This document shows, piece by piece, positions 37,701 through 49,959 of a stretch of DNA of 64,000 bases. Each line of letters starts with the position of its first letter. The stretch's first letter is position 1. Source of the DNA: Acanthaster planci. Lineage: Eukaryota. The position numbers were made by a program, and so were the translations under genes. The notes beneath the pieces were generated by a model. It was not told where the DNA came from. It was given only the letters and a program-made list of their open reading frames with translations, and searched no databases. The stretch spans positions 3,830,148 through 3,894,147 of the forward strand of contig NW_019091361.1 of assembly GCF_001949145.1 (NCBI RefSeq), read 5' to 3'.

Positions 37701-39739
37701 GGGAACAAGAGACCAAAAATGGAATACAAACTTAGAAAACTTATTAATTTTCACAGAAAATCTAAACTGTGATCCATCCTCAATATGTACATTCTGTCTG
37801 AAATTCGCGCTTAAAGTCTGTACCACAAGAATTAACTGAGGAAGTCAAATTAAAGTAACATTTAATTAATCCAAAGGTGCCAATTTACATTTTATACTTT
37901 AATATTTCTAACATTCAACCAAACTCATTATCCAAATTATATGCTTTATTTGCTCCGGACGCTCATTTCTGCATTCAGTGAAGTATATAAAACTACACGC
38001 TTTTTCGTGAAGGCCTATGTGAAAACGATGGCAAAAATACATTTAAAAATACACGATTTTCTAATGCATCGTTTTCAACCACATCAAGAAAGGACAACAC
38101 TTTTTAATTTTTCTCCACCCAATCACCAACATCACTTCCTGAAAAGTGATATTGCCCAGCAGAGGACGTTTATCGCCAATCATGTTTTGACTTACCATTT
38201 CAAATTTCAGTTTTGTATCCAATAAAACAAACAAAAACAACATAAAAAATGAAATTAAACTTAAAGGCAAACAAACAAATTAAAAAAAAACAAAAAAGAT
38301 AAAGCAATACGGTATGTCCACATTGTGGAAATGACTGCAAGATGGTAATTAGAAAACTGAAGTCTCGACGCGTAAAAGACGCACTAAGACAAACGATGTC
38401 GAAGGAAATCATGTGGTCGGCGGGCACTTTTGAGTTCAAAATAGCAGGGGTAGGTTTTGCTTGTCTGAGTATACTAGAGATTCACTTGATATAAATGTCC
38501 GGGGTTTTTAGCACTAATAGAAAAATTCCTCGCAGGTGGAATTTGAAAAAAGTCATCTATGAACAAATTGATTTGAATCTACTCATGATTCCAAATTAGG
38601 AAGCGACTCAGTACTTGATGTAAACCAAAATAGCCTTTTCAAGTTAGCGGAACCGGGAAGTGCATGGTGCTCTGTAGACTACCATGCAGATTGACTGATT
38701 TGATGGCTTTGCTGAATGATCAAACTATGCATGGAATATTTAATAAGTACCAGCAGATATTCGGGACAAAATAGAGGGCTTCATTTTAAGGGCACGCAAC
38801 ATTGCAAATGTGACAATACCCAGAAAATGAAGGGAAAAATAACAAAAACAACAGCGACAACAACCAAATAATGCAGGCCAATTCCAGGTTGGTTAGTGCA
38901 CAGGTATTCATTGGGACCACATAAGCAATTCTTTCAGATTCCTAAATTTTTCAAGGCTATTTCGTCACGACGTGTAATAAATCTGGGGTTTTTATTTTGA
39001 AAAACTTTTCTAACGATAATGGTCAGTTTGTCAGTGTTTGATACACTGCACTCGGATCTCCGAGCTACACGGCATGCAAAAGTCTCATTAAATTAAGGAA
39101 GTAAAAATCCTGACTTATCTTAACAAATAATCAGTTAACCAGGGCCATTACACAAAATAGGTGATCGTAGGCAAGGGCTGATCAGGGGGACGGCGACGGG
39201 GGCTATTCCCCCAAGAGGAAGCCCCCCCCCCCATTTTTTTTATGAATAAAGAAAGGCAATTCTTTTGTCTTTTTTCCTTTCCCTTTCTTCCAAAGCGTGT
39301 AAAAAGCCCCCCAATGTAGCCTCAGCCCTTAAAAAGGCCGTTAAAGCTAATATGAAAAAACGTCTGCCCCCCCCCTTGACAAAACTAGTATCCCATCAAA
39401 AATGTGTTTCTGGATCTACCACTGACTGGAGAGGCGCCAAGTATTCCGTCTTTCCATTTCAATTGCCATCTGATAACCATTCCAAATATTCAGAAATTCT
39501 CCGATCTGTAAGCTATACCCCGAAAGAGGCATTTTGTTTGTACTACTTTTGAGCTTCCTATAACAAGGCATGATTAGAGGGTACCATGTGTAAAAACCAA
39601 TCTCAACATTTTCACTCGGCTGCAGACTTATAGTCTGTCAACATTCACAGTTCTCAAAATTCCACCTCGTATTTCTTAGCCTAATCAAAGGCGGCTCGTT
39701 CTTTTGTAAGAATGTGTCTATCATAATCACACCCTGTCT

Positions 39740-40200
39740 TATGGCGTGCAAAGTTAACATTTAATCTGCGTATACAGATATCATCTCTATTAGGAATTGA
39801 GATATCTCTATTCCTAATAGAGATATCTCGATTGTACGTCCTGTTTTAATAGAGACATCTCCATTATGTTTCCGGTTCCGCACACAACAGGAAGGACATT
39901 GAAAACGTATAAAGCACAAAGTTTCACTGAACCAGGGGGTTGTGTAAAGTTTCCTAATGTAATCAATCACGGCAGTACAAGTACTGGGACACAGATTCAA
40001 AACCCCTCAAGATAACAGATTTTTCAACACAAAACGGAGAGGGCGGCCAGCTGACCTCGGAAGCGGTAACTTAATTAATTAATATAGATATCTCTATTAG
40101 GAATAGAAATATCTCTATTCCGTGAATAAATGTTAACTTGGCACGTCCAGGAATAGAGATATCTCTATTCTGGGATTAAATGTAAACTTTGTACGCCATA
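39740..40200. mobile_element. IS3EU-like non-autonomous DNA transposon
   Basis: TIR TATGGCGTRCAAAGTTWACATTTAATC; 6-bp TSD CTGTCT/CTGCCT; subterminal AGATATCTCT repeats; empty site near 12600 in unit A. Confidence 0.75.
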
Positions 40201-41097
40201 CTGCCTCGTTATGCTGCAGCGCCACGATGTCAGGATCTATAGTCTCATTTGGCGAAGGCCACACTGGAAACGAGACTAAACTGGAACTTTTGTTATTATA
40301 CCTGTAGTCAGCTGGATTTCGGGTTGCCGAAGCTTGGAAACTCAAGAAAATTGTGCGGCCCCCTCTTTTATTCATTAAGTTTATTCGACCCCTTTTTGGC
40401 TCTCTGACATCACGAATCTTCTCTTGTTTTAATTTAAAAATCAACCCCCCAAAATTACGTTAGCTGTGTGATAAATAGGGCAACAAAATATCTGAAAAAT
40501 ATAAAGAAGCATCGGTGTTAAAACACACACAGGGTGTTCTCCCCATTGAGTTGCATCGGACATAGCTGTTGTTCGCTTCATGGCACTGGTAGTACATTCA
40601 ACGTAATAAGGCCGGATCATAATAAGCTCGAAAGCGAACGCAGATATGTGACGTCATATCAAAGGCTCTGAATTCGCAAAAGCTTGACACATTTCGAATC
40701 CAGAAATTGTGCTGCAAATTATTTGTAACGTCAAAGTTGCTTCACTTTCATATTCGCCTGTAGTATCAACCGGCCTGTAGGCTTGACTGATTATTTTCAA
40801 GTGTGAAATTGCGAGTGAGGCTCGTATCTGCATTGTTGGTACACTCATATTTACCACCGCTTGTCTATACGGGGCAATTTGGTAGGTCCAAAGTATCGAA
40901 AACCCGCCCACATGGAGGAACTTGCAGTTGTGTGGTTCAATTGATAAATATATGATTCAAACTTTATGACCGAATTTCTAAATGGCTGAAAACGCTTATC
41001 ACGGCCTTGCTACCAGTAGGAAGGGTTGAACATTTCTAATAGTTTGATTGACAACATATATGGAAGCTTGGAAGTCAATTAACCAATTTTCAGTAAA

Positions 41098-41124
41098 CCA
41101 CGCCCTTTCCTCAATCCTATAATA
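41098..41124 (+). promoter_or_regulatory. Putative core promoter of paralog B
   Basis: CCACGCCC and TATAATA (41118-41124) at the same spacing from the ATG as in paralog A. Confidence 0.5.
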
Positions 41125-41209
41125 GCAGGCGACTTTGCGGAAATTGAGCACATCGACTCACAGTTTCCAGCAGTCGTTCAGTTTTCTCTTGCTGATCCAC
41201 TGCTGAATA

Positions 41210-44200
41210 ATGAAGCTGCTCGCTCTCTTCGTATGTGTGGCCTTCCTGTACGGTGTCTCCTCGGAGACATCAGACTTGGGCGACGGTGCGACAGTGGTGG
41301 CTGCTGACGATGCAACCGACGACCGCGCAGTGGCCGTAGAATCCGATGACTTTACCGAGGATGACGACACAGCAGAAATGGACGACGAAGCCGACTTGGA
41401 GTGGGATGACGATCAGGATGACGATCAGACAGACGACGATTTGGACGAGGAGCCTGCGTTTCCCTTGATGTATGAAGACCAAGACACTGACGGTAAGTAG
41501 GCCTGAGCGTATTTACCATCAAATAAATAGTGTATTGGAATCAGCAATCAATCGAATTGTCACCATGTCCATACGCCTCCGGGAAAAAAATGAAAAAAGA
41601 AAAAAGAGCCTCTAGTTTTTGGCGACAACTCTAAGTAGCAAAAATAACATTTGCCAGAGCTAAAATGATTTATCAGCCAAAAAATCTTCAACGACCCCAC
41701 GAAGTGACAAAAACTTGGAAAATCGATATTTCCCGATCTTTCACCAAGACTAGTAAAATGCAACAAAATTTGACAATTTTTTCGCCCGCGTATAGGCTCA
41801 AAAAGTGACAACGACAGACGACGCGCGACGGACGACGGCAAATATAGAATTCCCTACCGTTATAATGGAGATCATTAATGCAATAGACTTTATTCACGGG
41901 GCCGGTCATATTGAATTTGAAAGCGAGGTTAACTCTTCTCTTTTGAATGTTGAGAGTACAAATAAAGAAATAAAATGACAATTCTTGACAAATTTGCATC
42001 TCTCTACACTGATGAATAATTTCAAATTCATGACTGAGCACATAGAATTGCACCTCGTCTGCCAGATTCCTAAAAGTTTTGAAAGGGAGGCTTGAAACGC
42101 ACGGAATTATAAAAAGTCTGGTGCCATCCTTAATGACAGTTTGCAATATATAAAACAGGTTTGTGGAATCAGATCAAAGATCAAAAACGTGAATAGAGTA
42201 TACAGGGGAAGAAAGTAAGACCTCCAGGTTTTGCAACCTTACAAACTGTAAAAAAATGTTAAACGAATTGCTGTTTAATTAAAACAAAAAAATCTACAAA
42301 GTAGTGTGGATCAGCATTTTCTAAACCTTATACTCAATAAAACAAAAGTGGTCGAAAATGCGGAATAAAATAGGTCGCATTTTAAACGCGTTTTTCTTGG
42401 ATATCTGTTTTGCACGATTCTCATCACTTCGTGAGAGCGTCGACGAAATATCACATAAATTCCATAAGCACCGTTTGTGAAAATCAAGCAAATCTGCCCT
42501 TTTGACCTGTACTTTTCGATCGCGGGAAGTGCTACACGGGATCATTATGCACAAAATGTCGGTTACCAAAAAACGAGAGCTACTCCCCAGGCATATTGGC
42601 CATGCATTGTTTCTCAAGTGCGATGTTAAAACAGAGAATCGCGACATCCACAACCGGGGCGCTGACGCGATGTGATTTCTACCCAGGGTTCTGAATGTCA
42701 AAGTTAAGAAATTCAGCGAAGCATGGGTAAACAGCATTCAGTGCAAATGCGAAAAGCATCTGAATTGGTAATGAATTCGTCACTCTCATCTTCACCAGTT
42801 CAGCTAAATGGCTTTGAAAAGGCGAACAAAGTGACGCAAAGCATTGGCATTTTGATATTCAACTTGTTGGGATACTATAGGCCAAAAAAGACTCCGGTCC
42901 AAAAGTGGTTTTTTTTCCCTCTCATTTTTTTTTTGCTTTAGTAGAAGTGATGTTAGAGCGCATGGCCTTGTTACTTTGAGAAGTGTGAATTAACAATTTT
43001 GAATAAATAAAAAGACCATAAAATATTACAACAGGCAATGGATTCAGTCATCTCACTCATACAAGTGCCTCTTTTCTTGGTAAGATTGAGCTTGTTAAAA
43101 TACTGTAGTGGAACCACATAGGAGAAATTAAATGTGAAAAAGACACGTTCAGCTCCAGTTTCCGGTCTTAAATGAAATTTTCGTGGAAGAGGTAGCAGTA
43201 TATGACATATTTTGCGCAGCGTTTTCTGCTTTAGCTTAGACGAAACAAGTTGCACCTCAAATATGAAAAAATAAATGAAAACAGTTCAGCTCCAGAGTCA
43301 AAATAAAAATAAAACTCTCATGATTTAGAAGATATACTGTGCACATTATTTCCGTTTTAGCTGATAAGAAACAAGTTGCATATAAAATAAGCTAAAACGG
43401 AAAACAATGTGCACAGTATATCATCTAAATCATGAGAGTTTTATTTTTATTTTGGGGGGAAAAGTTCAGCTCCAAAAACAAAATCTGCTCTCACTGTAAT
43501 CTACCTTTGTTGTTGGCAAGTTGACGATGCATGCATTGTTACATGTATGGTTATTATAGCACGATGTCCATCGCCACTGCATGCGTATGTTACCGCTACT
43601 GCTTACCCGACACTGAAATAGACTGGCCCCTTACGGTTGGTTGCTTAAAAACGTTTTCAATTTGTATATATAAGCAGAACGTAAGACCACTTCGTTTGTC
43701 TGGTTCACAGACGTGGGCCCAAGTCCGAATCAATTGGCCACTCAGCCCCAACCATCAAAAACACGTTAAAATTACCCAGTAGTAGAATTCCTGCCGATCA
43801 AGTAGGTTTGGCTGCTTCTGGAAATCGTTTTAAGCAAAATAAAAGACCTCTTTATTTTGCCGCCGCGCAGGTCTATGGCGACGCGTGCGGCGACCAGAAA
43901 CTGGAGACTTTTTTTGGCCTAATGGTGTTGGGAGATTTAGGACGCTTACCATCACCGATTTGGCGTCATACAGTTGTAAGCATGATGTTCACTTTCGCTC
44001 AAGTGGTACAAAAATCGGACTGGCAATTACTACGACGCGGTTTATCTTCTCTTGTCCATGCTAACCCCAAAGGCATCGGTATAAATCATCAGATATCATC
44101 TCTCTATGATCTCAAGCATCATTTTGTTATTCCATTCTGTTTTTGATTATTTCCCTCAGCTTTGGAAACGGCCACTAGTCCCGATCCCGAAGTTGAGGGA

Positions 44201-45618
44201 CACGGTCGTTTCAAATGTCGCGGACGCCGGTGTTGTTTGTCTAGGAGGAGATTCCACGGTAAGTACTCCCTGACATATTAATGCTAAAGCTCTTTGTTTT
44301 TTGTACCATCTTTCAATGGCTTTGAAACCCGTTTGCTCCGACTTTCATTTTCATGTCGTTGCAAAATCCTGATCCGGTACTTAGATAATTTTCCCCTCGC
44401 TTTAGTCTTTCAAAAGTATATTTGAAGTCCACAGATTAAATACCAGTGAAAAATCCCCGAGTTTGGCCAACTTATGATAAGTCAGAAAGAAACTGTAATT
44501 TTCCCCCAATGAGTTAAATCGTTTTCAATCCATTTTGTATGTGTTTCTGTATTTTTACGAACCGTTTACTTTCAGTCTGCGTAAGGGCATCTTACCGACA
44601 AGGCAAAATAAGATATAAAGCTACCATCAATAAGAAGCATGTTGTCAGGAAGTCCTTCAAAGGTAAGATTCCTAGGCTTGTATGCGAATTTCAAAGTTTG
44701 GATAACTTTTCTCCTGCATTGGCGTTTGAATGAATAACAGCTACGCGGAAAACGGCGGGGTAAGGGCTAGACAAAACTATATACAAAAAATGTTCGAAAG
44801 TGTTCGTACGTCTTACGGGTCGGGTAGCGCCCTTTTTAAAAACGGATATCAACGAATAAAACAAATCAATTTATATATCTTAAACTTATGTTGCGAAGAA
44901 AATCAGTTTGTTTTTGCATATGTTTAATCAAAAAGTTAGTCAGAATAAAGCGTATTCAGATTACACGAAAACTCCATGTTCAAACTGGACGATTGTTTTC
45001 ATAATGTGGAAACGTGCATTTCTGAAGAAATATCCCAAGGAATTATAATCATGAATTGGGGATAGGTTTTATCATGGAGAGAAAAGATCTTGATTTTTAT
45101 ATTGGATTTTATTCCCCTTCACCGACATAATATTTTTCCGATGCAAACACAAAATCTTTACAAACATATTTGACAGCGGTATCAGCATCTAATCCGCCTT
45201 GAATTTTGCAGCCAATGCAAGCAAGCATGCTGAGGAGATGGTTACCCTGCGTCCCAGGGCCATTTTTCTTGAGTCATTTAGTGTCTACATGTGTATACGT
45301 CTGTTAAAAGCGAAACATCCGGTATCCAAATATTGTTTCAGATTGATAGCAGGCTGTCCAAAGCAAGACAGTAATGTGTACCTCTCCCGTTATCTCTCCA
45401 CAGTGGGCGCCAACCAATCGATGCGCTGCATTAAAATCAGACGAGGTTGGTCAATATTCAGGAGGCGCAGGAGAGTCTGCGTGGGCCTAACCAGTATCAG
45501 AGTCCTTGGCAAAGGAAGTTGCATTCGGCACATCTCGGCTCGCGTCAAGGTCCAAGTCAAGGGGCCGCGGGGTTTCACCAGGAAGTCCAAACGAATCAGA
45601 CTTTACCGCCGCCGCTAG
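41210..45618 (+). CDS. Secreted prepro-protein B, 227 aa: signal peptide + acidic propiece + 120-aa highly cationic Cys-containing domain (paralog of 13850-18122)
   Basis: Exons 41210-41492, 44160-44258, 44576-44662, 45404-45618 (684 nt; GT-AG, all phase 1; no stops). Basic domain: GHGRFKCRGRRCCLSRRRFHVCVRASYRQGKIRYKATINKKHVVRKSFKVGANQSMRCIKIRRGWSIFRRRRRVCVGLTSIRVLGKGSCIRHISARVKVQVKGPRGFTRKSKRIRLYRRR*. Confidence 0.85.
42878..43921. mobile_element. Probable non-autonomous DNA transposon with TAGGCCAAAAAA termini in intron 1 of paralog B
   Basis: TAGGCCAAAAAAGACTCC / reverse complement TAGGCCAAAAAAAGTCTCC; no clear TSD; contains an about 150-bp internal palindrome at 43301-43453. Confidence 0.5.
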
Positions 45619-48600
45619 ATTCACCACATCGCTCTTCTGATGCTTTAGAATTATAATCGGTTCCGTCGTGGGGGTAAAACGTCTACGTTACAATTACTTG
45701 AATGGAATTTTAAGGTAAATCTACGCGAATCTTGGTACAAAATAGTCGAGGCTTGTCACACAAAACTAAATATTTACAGGCAACTTTGAGATATTCTGTT
45801 ATCTTCTGGTCTTAAAAACGAAACCAAATCACTGAAAACTTCGAAACATTAGTTAGCAATTTTTTTTCTGATAATGTAGTCTTATTCGTCGCTAGTCCCA
45901 TTATGCTTTGTGTTTTTGCATGTAGAAGACCAAATTAAATTTTCAATGCAAAACTTTGTAGTCCCTGGTGCCTAAGCCCAAATAGTCCATAAAATAATAT
46001 AGAATCCAAAAATTATCCCTCTAAAGTCCCCCTTAGGCCAAAAGAAAGTCTCAGGTTTGTGGTCAGCGCGCGCGTCGCCTTAGACCTTCTTATCGCCAAA
46101 AGAAAAAAGGTTTTTGGTATATACGATGTCCAAAAGCTGCCAAACTTGCCTGGTCGACTAGAATTCTGCTACAACGTAATTTTAAGGTGTTTTTGATGGG
46201 TACGGTGGAGTAATACGTACAGTAAAGGAGTCCCTCCTGGCCCCCATTTCTGTATTATACTTGGACATCTGAGAACCAGACAAACAAGGTGGTCTTATAT
46301 CCTGTGTACATCTTCAAACTAGAAACGCCTTCAAACAGTAAATAGTGAGTGGCCAGTCTATTTCAGTGTTGGTAGTGGTGGTACGTACGTACTAGCTTAT
46401 TTGCGAGTATCATTTTCTAGTGAAAAAATTCAGACCGCAAAAAAGAAAAAAGCGGCGTCGTCGCATCAGCCCCTGACCAGAAAGCGGAGACCCTTCCATA
46501 AACCGTCAATTCAAAATTTCTATGAAAATAAAGATTTCGGTATACGTGACGTCTAAATGCACTAAAAACTCCAGATTTTCTGAGATTGGCATTGGTCACT
46601 TCGTGACGCCCGCGACAAATTGATGACATACATTTATCAGCTACCTTGTCAAGTCTTCTGCAGTGTTACATAGTCTCTGTTATGGTAGAGGTTAATGAAT
46701 TTTAAAGGATATTACGTTTCTCTTTCGGTTTCTTTAAATCTCTACCCCTCCATACCCGACCCTAATTTAATCTAAAATTCGGACATAATTACTTTGAAAA
46801 AAGAGAGCTAATGTTGACTTCTTTATAGACAAACGTCAAATTTGGATATGCACAAGTCAAAATTATTGATGACTGTAGTCTCGCCACACTGACGATATTA
46901 TTTTCACGCACCCTATTGCATGAGTTGGGTGAAATGTGATGAATTGGGTAGATTTCGATGTAGTGGTATTTTCCAGCTTTTGTGGGTAAAGTGAAGCTTT
47001 GGAAAACAGGGAAATGATGTTATCCGTGAATAGATTTAAGCCAATATTATTGAGATTATCATCCCCAGCTTAACAGTCAATAATACTTGCAACTGCATTT
47101 GTTTATGAGAGCATTACATATTGTCTGATGTTTATTTCATGTCGTCAGTCTTGATGCCTTCTTTTTTCGATAAAGATCCTATTTCAGGTCATTTCACCAT
47201 GGCTCTCCGCAACATGTCGTAAACGGTAATTCGCCTGGGTACCATTGACTTGGTCTCGCTCCATATAGCATTATATTTTAAAAACATCTATGCGAATACC
47301 TAGCCATTTAGAACGGAATGCATTTCGTGATAAACACTTGAAAGTGAGATGTATCAATTATTGAACTACGCACAGCGCAAAGCTGCTTCGCTTTATTATG
47401 ACTTCGGCACAAATAAACCAAATTATATGATCTCGTAGAAATTAAAATGCTTTCTCGATATATCTTATCAAAATTTAACCTGTCCCTGTTCTGCAGAAAA
47501 GAATTCAGACAAGTGGTACGGTGATGCGCACGGAAGACTGATTGTTGAGAGAAACTAGGTCAATGCATTTCACCCCATGAAAATCTTATTCTGGTTCTCC
47601 CAGAGATCCAACCCACCACTAAACTTATCGAACTAAGTTCAGGAGGAAGCAATTACATTCTCCGAAGTTCATTGCACCGCAAAACCCGTAGTCATACAGT
47701 TCTCTGTTCTTTATATTCTGAAGTTTTTCTTGCTTAAAATACGCGGGAATATATCGAGAAAACTATCTTAAAATTATTTGAATATTAAACATTGTGTCAG
47801 ATGTATCCTTATCGGTTTTTTTGACGGTGACTCCACGGACTTCTGAACCAGTGCAGAATGCTCACCCTGTCTTCTAGCCCTTCCATGCAGCCAAACCCTG
47901 GTGGCCAGAGCTGGTCTCCGAGAAGAGAGCAGACTTCTCCGACGTTACTTGGGGGTCATCGTCCGCCTTTGGCGGTCCACCATCGAACCCAGGAAGATAA
48001 ACTTTCTACAAAACATGTTCTCAACCTTGAAACTGGCGCCCTCCGTGTTCCATTACATTCACTTTGAATAACGCACTTGGAATCATGAGGGATGCGTGTT
48101 GTCGGCATCATAAGTTTAATTTAGAGGTAAATTTAGCTGCAATGAGTCGATGAAAAGACTTCATGAAGAAAATTAAAATTCTAAGTGAACTTTATTCTGG
48201 GTTTGCAGTAGTACAGGAAACTCAAAATGTAATGAGTGGATAAGTCAAAGGCGGTATAGTTTGAATTGCTTACGGACACTCAGGTAAAAAGGGTTGTAGC
48301 CAATTTTATGTCATCCACCGACTGAGACCTACAGCCATTTACCAACACAGCCTTCATTGTACCGTAGAGTGGAACCTTTTTTTAAAGTTTCTGGGTAAGG
48401 GTCGGGAGGGGGCGTGAGGGATATATTGCAGCCTCAACAGATTTCCCTGCCCTAGCCTTTTGAAACCTTGAAATTAATCTACAAAAATCAATGATAGGCG
48501 CCGCATTTTATTTGCTTTCAGCATTTGTTTTAAAAATTGTGCATCCCTTAAAAAGTGTGGCTTAGTGATAAGACCATCAGTGTACATAAAGTGTACAGTG

Positions 48601-49959
48601 TACATAGATTGTGGCCTCGGTCTAGCCGCCTCGCCAACTCTGAGTTGCCTCTTTCAGTACCCTAGGAGCACAAATCGGTGTCAGCATTAACTTGCCGGGT
48701 TACGGCCTGCGATGGACCGCATGTCATCCCGTAAGAGGACCTAATTGTCACAGCGGAGATCGAGGCCCGACGATCGAGCCACCTTGGCTGCAGACAAACT
48801 TTGCTTGTTTAATTGTTTCGTCAATTAAAATCATGACCTTTTTCCAGAAGGCTCCATCCAAGGTAAACGTAAATCGATACAATAAAGAACATACGGTCAT
48901 GGTCATTATTGGATCCGGGAGTCGATCCAACCGGAGTTGAAATTTACCTTCACCTGCGAAAGAAATACAGACTGGTACGAAGTTTTCCAAACCGCCTTCT
49001 TGTACGCATTCGGCGTGCACGTGAAGACCGTATATTTCACCATAAATTCGTTAATACGGCCGTTGAACAATAGTGCGTCACCAAGAGTTTGCCACGCATT
49101 GGCCAATCACAACGCGGAAATTTGTCGACCCAATGTGCGTTGGAAAGGGTCGACAAATTTCGCGCGTTATGATTGGCCAACGTGTTGCAAACTCTTGGTG
49201 GCGCACTATTATGAATCACCCGCACTCGCTGTGCCCCGCGCCAAACGCGCAAAAACTTGAGTTCGTCCCACATTCAGTCGTTGCCCATCGTCCAAATAGG
49301 GCGCTGGGAAGGGCTGACGGCTTTGCACTGTGATTGGCTACATTGGGCACGACCTGTGACCGCGAGGTTACCACTTCCTGATAGCGAACCGTTATTTACA
49401 TTTTTTTTGGTTCGCCAATGGCAATGCTTTGACACAGGCAAAGTTTCGGCCAGATAATAAAAACATGGCCTTGGTACAAGTCACAGTGTGGTAACTTATC
49501 TTCTCACCAAGTATCACTGACCATGTGTCTTTTGGTGATATATTTCAATTTTGGATGAACGAATAAAGTGTAGTGAGAATGTTTTCATCAATGAGGAAGA
49601 AACAGAAATATATCGAATTGATAACCACCGCTTGTATAACGCACAAAGCTCACGCGTCGTTGGCTGTGACCCCATGTGACGTATTTCCTTCACTAAAATC
49701 TGTGCGAGGCCATCAACCCTTCCCAGCGCCCACTGGGCTACGAGTGAAACCAAACGACTGTCAATTTCATTTAAAAACACGCCCTCTTTGGTTCCCGCTC
49801 GAAGCGGATGGGAGCTACACCCCTTCCCTATCTGCTTTTTTCGAAAAACAGAAAGAAAGGCAATATTGAGTGCCTATTTTTTTTCTCCAAAGCCCCGATG
49901 TCTCATTATATCTCAGAAACGCCGCAAACGGTTGCACACCAAATTCCACCCACCGGGAT

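Noticed and set aside
45199..45403. N-terminal part of the 139-aa ORF 45199-45618
   Set aside because: Intron read-through; coding similarity to paralog A starts only after the CAG acceptor at 45403.
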